DNA from: Patescibacteria group bacterium UBA6532
GTDB taxonomy: Bacteria; Patescibacteriota; Minisyncoccia; Minisyncoccales; UBA6532
Direction of reading: 5' to 3'
Assembly (NCBI GenBank): GCA_002434805.1
Contig: DJKW01000001.1
Coordinates: 5,805-69,804 of the forward strand
Length of the DNA: 64,000 bases
A program made the translations under genes and the position numbers. Position 1 is the first letter of the stretch. Each line of letters begins with the position of its first letter. Below, piece by piece: positions 59,426-64,000 of the stretch. The notes under the pieces were generated by a model. That model did not search any database and was not told the origin of the DNA. It saw only the letters and a list, made by a program, of their open reading frames with translations.

Positions 59426-59529
59426 TCTAAAAGATTACCTCTTTTTTTATAAAAACATCTCTGCCAGTCGCAGGCGGAGAGCTTGCTTTGGTGGATAAAA
59501 AAAGTTCTCTTTTTAGACTGAAGAGAACC

Positions 59530-59817
59530 TTAAATAGTGTATTCTATTACTCTATTTTTATCATCCAGAGTTTCTTTTTCAAGTGGCACTCTGGTAAGTA
59601 AAAGTCTGAGTAATTTGAGTGAACTTAAGATATTATTGGTTAGAAAAACTTCAACTGTTCTATCTAGAACTCTCTCTAACTGTTCCTGTAAAAAAACAGA
59701 TGTTTCACTTGTATCAACTATGACATATCGCTCCCTTAAAATACGTCTTTGAAGAGAATCTATTTTTTCTTGAATTTCTTTAAGTTCTTTCAGTGAATAT
59801 TCATCAGATTCAATCAT
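59530..59817 (-). CDS. Small hypothetical protein (cassette)
   Basis: 95-aa ORF, TTGACA promoter at about 59857, GTTCTCT/AGAGAAC terminator preceded by GGATAAAAAAAG. Confidence 0.55.
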   Translation of the reverse strand: MIESDEYSLKELKEIQEKIDSLQRRILRERYVIVDTSETSVFLQEQLERVLDRTVEVFLTNNILSSLKLLRLLLTRVPLEKETLDDKNRVIEYTI

Positions 59818-59937
59818 TTTTTATCACTTTTAAAAGATATCAATTTATTAAAAGTTTGTCAATAAAAAAATGCCTGTTTGACGAATAAAAAATGGCGAAT
59901 TAGTTTCCTAAAACGCCCTTAATTTTTTGATAGTTGA

Positions 59938-60153
59938 TTAGTCAGATGGTTGGATATCAGATTTCTCGAAACCACAGTTTGAACATACAAGTTTCCCTGG
60001 TTTTCCTTTATTCAAGAAAGATGCACATTTTGGACAACGAGCATATTCGCTTACTTTATTTAATGTTTCTATTAATCCATATTTATCATCTTTTTCTTCA
60101 TTATCATCAGGCTTAATACTGATTACTTGCATTTTATTTTTTTTATTTTCCAA
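59938..60153 (-). CDS. Small zinc-ribbon protein (cassette)
   Basis: CPKCASFLNKGKPGKLVCSNCGFE; AGGAGA SD + TTG start; own promoter. Confidence 0.65.
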   Translation of the reverse strand: MENKKNKMQVISIKPDDNEEKDDKYGLIETLNKVSEYARCPKCASFLNKGKPGKLVCSNCGFEKSDIQPSD

Positions 60154-60210
60154 AGAACTTTTCTCCTTGAATAAAGATATAACTATCTTCCTAGAAAGTC
60201 AAATTCTTTA

Positions 60211-60276
60211 CTAAAAAATCGCCTTCCTGGCGACAAGCAGTTGCGGGACCTAGATGACCTTAGAACTATATTTCAA
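60211..60276. repeat. Cassette-boundary repeat
   Basis: AAAAAATCGCC-TTCCT-GGCGA...TTGCGGGACCTAGATGACCTTAGAACTATATTT. Confidence 0.75.
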
Positions 60277-60442
60277 TATCAAACCAAATACACTTACCTA
60301 CCAAAACTTTCCCGTTTTACTAATCACTTTTATCAATTATTTATTTTACCCCAAAAATTACTAAAATAGTGATTTTTTAGATAGGTAAAAAATTAATTTG
60401 CTAAATAAAATAAAGCAAATAAATAAATCAACAAAGCAACCC

Positions 60443-60568
60443 TTACTTTTTTATAGAAGACTTTTTGATTGATACCACTTTTCTCCACTTAGCCAACATT
60501 GTAGGATTTGAGGAACATATTCTGCAACTAATAGGAGCTACTTTCTTTTTTAAAGTATTTTTTTTCAT
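60443..60568 (-). CDS. Candidate RiPP precursor peptide, 41 aa (not in ORF track)
   Basis: MKKNTLKKKVAPISCRICSSNPTMLAKWRKVVSIKKSSIKK*; last gene of the rSAM cluster, 14 nt after the preceding stop. Confidence 0.55.
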   Translation of the reverse strand: MKKNTLKKKVAPISCRICSSNPTMLAKWRKVVSIKKSSIKK

Positions 60569-60582
60569 AATTTATAAAGAAA

Positions 60583-60831
60583 TTAAATCTTTAATTCTCG
60601 ACCTTTATCTTTTAATAAGATATCATAATAAAGCAAATTCCACAAGGGATACAAGCAAGTATCTCCTTTCTGTAATGAATTTAAAATTTTATCTTTTTCT
60701 ATTGCTCCTTTATTTTTGGCAGATTCCCTCTTAAACCACTTTGATGTTTTTTTATCAACAATATAAATAGCATCTCCTAAATATAGATAATCAACACCTT
60801 TACCTTTTTTAATTTGGACAACAATACGCAT
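60583..60831 (-). CDS. 82-aa protein, possible RRE/PqqD-like fold
   Basis: Predicted three strands then helices; lies between the rSAM genes and the peptide. Confidence 0.5.
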   Translation of the reverse strand: MRIVVQIKKGKGVDYLYLGDAIYIVDKKTSKWFKRESAKNKGAIEKDKILNSLQKGDTCLYPLWNLLYYDILLKDKGRELKI

Positions 60832-60858
60832 ATTTGGTTCTTTATTTATTATAGCAAT

Positions 60859-61854
60859 TTAAATATCGCAACTAAAATCTTCTCCATGAATATCTCCTTT
60901 GGTATACGCTATAGCCCTGCATCCTCCACATATATACTTAAACCGACAAGACTTGCATTTTCCTCTTAGGTTTTCTTTAAAGAATATATTTGTTTTTTTA
61001 ATTTTTTTTAAAATGTTTTCTAGGGAATCAGAGTATAAATTTCCTAGTCTATAAGGAATATAAGCACATGGATAGATGTCTAAATTAGGTTTAACGTAAA
61101 AATTTGCTATTCCCGCAAGACATCCGGCAAACATCTCACCGTTATATATATTACCATACTCCTTTAGTTTTTCTATATATTTTTGATTAAATAAATTAAT
61201 CTTAGGATTATCTGTTGTAATGCCAATTTTATATTTTTCAGATAATGTGTAAATTTTATTAAATAATTCTTTATCCGAAACCTTATTTTTTTCCCAAAAA
61301 GAGTAATTTTTTCCAGAGGGAAGAATATTTTGTAACGCGATACGTTTAAATTTTTTTTTGTCTAAAAACCCAATTAAATCCTCTAAATACCCGATGTTCT
61401 CTTTTTGCACAACACATTTAAAAATCACGTTTCCGCCACCTGATTTAAGCCTTAAAGCGTTTTCTATTATTTTATCAAAAATACCCGCAATGCCCCTGAT
61501 CTTTTCATGAATCTTTTTGGGACCATCAATACTTATTTGTATAAGATCAATTTTAGACTTTAATAAATTATTCAAAACCGAATTATTAAATATCCCATTA
61601 GTTGTTATTGCCCTAAATAAACCTTGTTTTTTCGTAATATAGAGCAAGTCAAAAATATCATCTCTTAATGTTGGTTCTCCGCCTGAAAAATTAATTTCTT
61701 TAAAACCTAACTTTTTAGCATTTTCTATAATTTTTTTAAGTTTACGAAAATCCGGCTCTATTTGTCCCTTATTAATAGCCTCTCTTACGCAATGCTGACA
61801 CCGCAAATTACATCTGTTAGTTATATCTATTTGTAATACCTGATATTTTTGCAT
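60859..61854 (-). CDS. Radical SAM/SPASM enzyme 2
   Basis: CNLRCQHC, SGGEP, TTNG, SIDG; SPASM CLAG...PC...CKSC...CGGCRA. Confidence 0.93.
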   Translation of the reverse strand: MQKYQVLQIDITNRCNLRCQHCVREAINKGQIEPDFRKLKKIIENAKKLGFKEINFSGGEPTLRDDIFDLLYITKKQGLFRAITTNGIFNNSVLNNLLKSKIDLIQISIDGPKKIHEKIRGIAGIFDKIIENALRLKSGGGNVIFKCVVQKENIGYLEDLIGFLDKKKFKRIALQNILPSGKNYSFWEKNKVSDKELFNKIYTLSEKYKIGITTDNPKINLFNQKYIEKLKEYGNIYNGEMFAGCLAGIANFYVKPNLDIYPCAYIPYRLGNLYSDSLENILKKIKKTNIFFKENLRGKCKSCRFKYICGGCRAIAYTKGDIHGEDFSCDI

Positions 61855-61858
61855 AAAT

Positions 61859-62911
61859 TTATTTATTCAAAAATGCACAGTATGGATCACAAGAATATAT
61901 ATCGCCAGTTAAGTGATATGTATCACAAGGACATCCTCCAAAACAAATGTCATAGTATTTGCAATCTGTTTTAATCAACTTTTTCCTCTTGTGTTTCCAT
62001 TCTAAACCAGTTTTTGAATTCCAAATTTCTTTAAGGGAGTTTTTATACACATTTCCCATTACAAATATATCATCAAAACCATATGGGCAATGTGTTACTC
62101 TTCCATCGGGCCATATGAAGCAACTATATTCTCCACAAGGACAGCCAAAATTATGCGTTATAATAGATTTTTCAATTTCTTTTGCAGATTCTTTAATTTC
62201 TGAAGCATTGTTTCTTTTCTGTATCAAACATTCAATTTTATTTACTTCGGCAATATCCAATATCTTACTATAAATCCTATTAAGGTTTTTATCTTTAATA
62301 AATAATTTATTATAATTAATTAACCCCTGACCTGTAGGATGAAATAAACCAGCCGAAAAAAAAGTTTTTATTTTTTGCTTACCTATATACTTTAAAAAAA
62401 TTAAAATATCCTGATAATTTATTTTTGTTATAGTAGTAGTGAATATGAACGGAAGCTCGTATTCTATGCCCAAACGAATATTCTTTTTTAGTTTCTCAAA
62501 ATTATTCTTGTTAGTTCTACAAAATCTTTTTAATATTTTTTCAGAAAATCCATGGATGCTAATATCAATATGAGACACTCTCAGTTTTGCTAGTTCTTTT
62601 ATGATTGCTTTATCAAGAACAGTAAAATTAGTATTTAAATGTATCCGCATCTTTTTTCTTTCGGCATATCTTAATACCTCCATTATACGTCCATTTTGGT
62701 ATAAAAAAGGTTCGCCACCCGTTATGTTGAGATTATAAACCCTGTTAGCTTCCATCTCATCTATAATATTTTTCACTGTTTCAATATTCAAATCTTTATT
62801 TATCCCTCGATCAACAACACAACAATGCATACAATTAAAGTTGCATTTATCGGTAATTATAATTGAGACCTCTAGAGGAAATATTTGTCTTTTCCATTTA
62901 ATTTTCTGCAT
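61859..62911 (-). CDS. Radical SAM/SPASM enzyme 1
   Basis: CNFNCMHC, TGGEP, NTN; SPASM CPCG...HCP...C..C.GGCPC...C. Confidence 0.93.
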   Translation of the reverse strand: MQKIKWKRQIFPLEVSIIITDKCNFNCMHCCVVDRGINKDLNIETVKNIIDEMEANRVYNLNITGGEPFLYQNGRIMEVLRYAERKKMRIHLNTNFTVLDKAIIKELAKLRVSHIDISIHGFSEKILKRFCRTNKNNFEKLKKNIRLGIEYELPFIFTTTITKINYQDILIFLKYIGKQKIKTFFSAGLFHPTGQGLINYNKLFIKDKNLNRIYSKILDIAEVNKIECLIQKRNNASEIKESAKEIEKSIITHNFGCPCGEYSCFIWPDGRVTHCPYGFDDIFVMGNVYKNSLKEIWNSKTGLEWKHKRKKLIKTDCKYYDICFGGCPCDTYHLTGDIYSCDPYCAFLNK

Positions 62912-62921
62912 ATTTGAATTT

Positions 62922-63227
62922 TTAATTTATTATAAAATAATCGTTCCTATATGTTTCTGAAAGATATTTCGTTCTATTTGTGTTAATTAAACCAATAACT
63001 TTATATCTCCCCTTTTCTCTATTGCCCACATTATATTTTCTAAAATAATCAGAATTACTTTGGGGTTTGCATTTAAAACTAAACAAAAAAGATTTAACCA
63101 ACTCATTTGTGGGAGAAAAAATCAAAATTTCTATAATCCCCTTCAAGGTATTATTTCTTCTATTAGAAACTCTTAAATGAATGGTTATATCTTTATTTTT
63201 TGAAACTTTCCTAGGATATATACTCAT
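62922..63227 (-). CDS. Hypothetical beta-sandwich (Ig-like) protein heading the rSAM cluster
   Basis: Alternating hydrophobic strands, GRYKV motif. Confidence 0.55.
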   Translation of the reverse strand: MSIYPRKVSKNKDITIHLRVSNRRNNTLKGIIEILIFSPTNELVKSFLFSFKCKPQSNSDYFRKYNVGNREKGRYKVIGLINTNRTKYLSETYRNDYFIIN

Positions 63228-63326
63228 ATTTATTGTTTTACCTTTTTTCTATCTATAATGGGCTTACTCTGAACAGGCTTGACGTAAAACGGAGAACGCG
63301 TCACGTGGACGACGTTATAAGCGGTT

Positions 63327-63668
63327 TTACTTAGGTTTCTTCTTAAATTTATATGTGTAAGCAAAAACTGGCGTATTATTGTTAATCTTATAGGCAGGAT
63401 TATGACGCCTAAATGCTTTTATAAGTTCCTGTCTGTTTTTATATGTTTTATAGTGAGTTTTATCCTTTAGGTCTATCTGTCCGACAGTTGTTATAATAAC
63501 TTTTGTTATTTTTCCGAATCCAAAAATTTCTTCTGTCTGGCTATTTTCAAAAGCCACAACATCGCCTTTTTTTAACTTATGGTCTCTGAGTCTCCAGGTA
63601 CTTATTTTCCCATCAAAAACCTGTGGGACAATACTCTCGTGAAACCCCATTTTTGGCAAATTTTTCAT
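63327..63668 (-). CDS. ASCH domain protein
   Basis: FDGKISTWRL...LKKGDVVAF; bracketed by att-like motifs. Confidence 0.8.
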   Translation of the reverse strand: MKNLPKMGFHESIVPQVFDGKISTWRLRDHKLKKGDVVAFENSQTEEIFGFGKITKVIITTVGQIDLKDKTHYKTYKNRQELIKAFRRHNPAYKINNNTPVFAYTYKFKKKPK

Positions 63669-63677
63669 ATCTTTATC

Positions 63678-63785
63678 CTACCAAAAAACCGCCTTCTTGG
63701 CGATAAATAGTTGCGGGTCGTGGACGATATTAGAACCTGTTTTTGCTTAAATGAATAAAAAAAGGTTCTTTCTGAGAACATCTTT
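63678..63785. repeat. Cassette-boundary repeat (complete)
   Basis: CTACCAAAAAACCGCC-TTCTT-GGCGAT...TTGCGGGTCGTGGACGATATTAGAACCTGTTT...GAATAAAAAAAGGTTCT/AGAAC. Confidence 0.75.
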
Positions 63786-63798
63786 TTTGGCTTGTTTT

Positions 63799-63999
63799 TT
63801 ACTTCAACTGTTGACACCGATGAGCAAGATTAGATAAATCTTCTTTACTTAAAACTTCCTCTGCCATTGGATATAGGCAATCATTTTCTTTATTAATATG
63901 ATCCTGTAAAAGACTTATTATCGCTAGACTGCTTTCTTTAATTTGACTTTCGTTATCCTCATTAAGGGCTTCTTTTAATTTCCTTACATGATTTCTCTT
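63799..63999 (-). CDS. Hemerythrin (HHE) domain protein, C-terminal fragment (5' partial)
   Basis: ...LLQDHINKENDCLYPMAEEVL... HIxKENxxLYP motif. Confidence 0.8.
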   Translation of the reverse strand, partial: KRNHVRKLKEALNEDNESQIKESSLAIISLLQDHINKENDCLYPMAEEVLSKEDLSNLAHRCQQLK

Positions 64000-64000
64000 T

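Noticed and set aside
1-64000. Genome-wide stop-codon recoding (code 25 or TAG readthrough)
   Set aside because: Core genes (murF, ftsQ, uppS, lysS) end at TGA and others at TAG at expected lengths; in-frame stops occur only in two small cassette genes.

Overview
AT-rich bacterial chromosome segment, standard code 11 (TGA is used as a stop). Gene content points to a Patescibacteria/CPR (Parcubacteria-like) genome (inference): compact tRNA synthetases, a MurL/MurD2 peptidoglycan route, FemAB, a UvrD-nuclease fusion and a CxxC-x17-CxxC protein. Genes run almost all on + up to about 25.26 kb and almost all on - after it. That convergence point holds a Xer-type tyrosine recombinase bracketed by 28-bp dif-like sites, so the window probably spans the replication terminus. 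Housekeeping genes: greA, lysS, serS, hrcA-grpE-dnaK-dnaJ with CIRCE, tRNA-Lys, pyrG, uppS, gltX, murG/ftsW/murD/murL/mraY, aspS, eno, galU, a divergent ftsZ, rarA, obgE. Main points of interest: (1) a family of ~15 degenerate, replichore-oriented boundary repeats (CGCC/GGCG hairpin + GACGTTAGAACCT-like motif + GGATAAAAAAAG-hairpin) that punctuate small self-contained promoter-ORF-terminator cassettes, densest at 43-64 kb, several of them decaying; (2) a full-length archaeal (Thaumarchaeota-like) TFB/TFIIB gene under bacterial expression signals; (3) an AT-rich double radical-SAM/SPASM cluster with an unannotated 41-aa candidate precursor peptide and a possible RRE protein; (4) several strongly structured intergenic RNAs or leaders. 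All assignments come from reading motifs by eye; no database searches were run.
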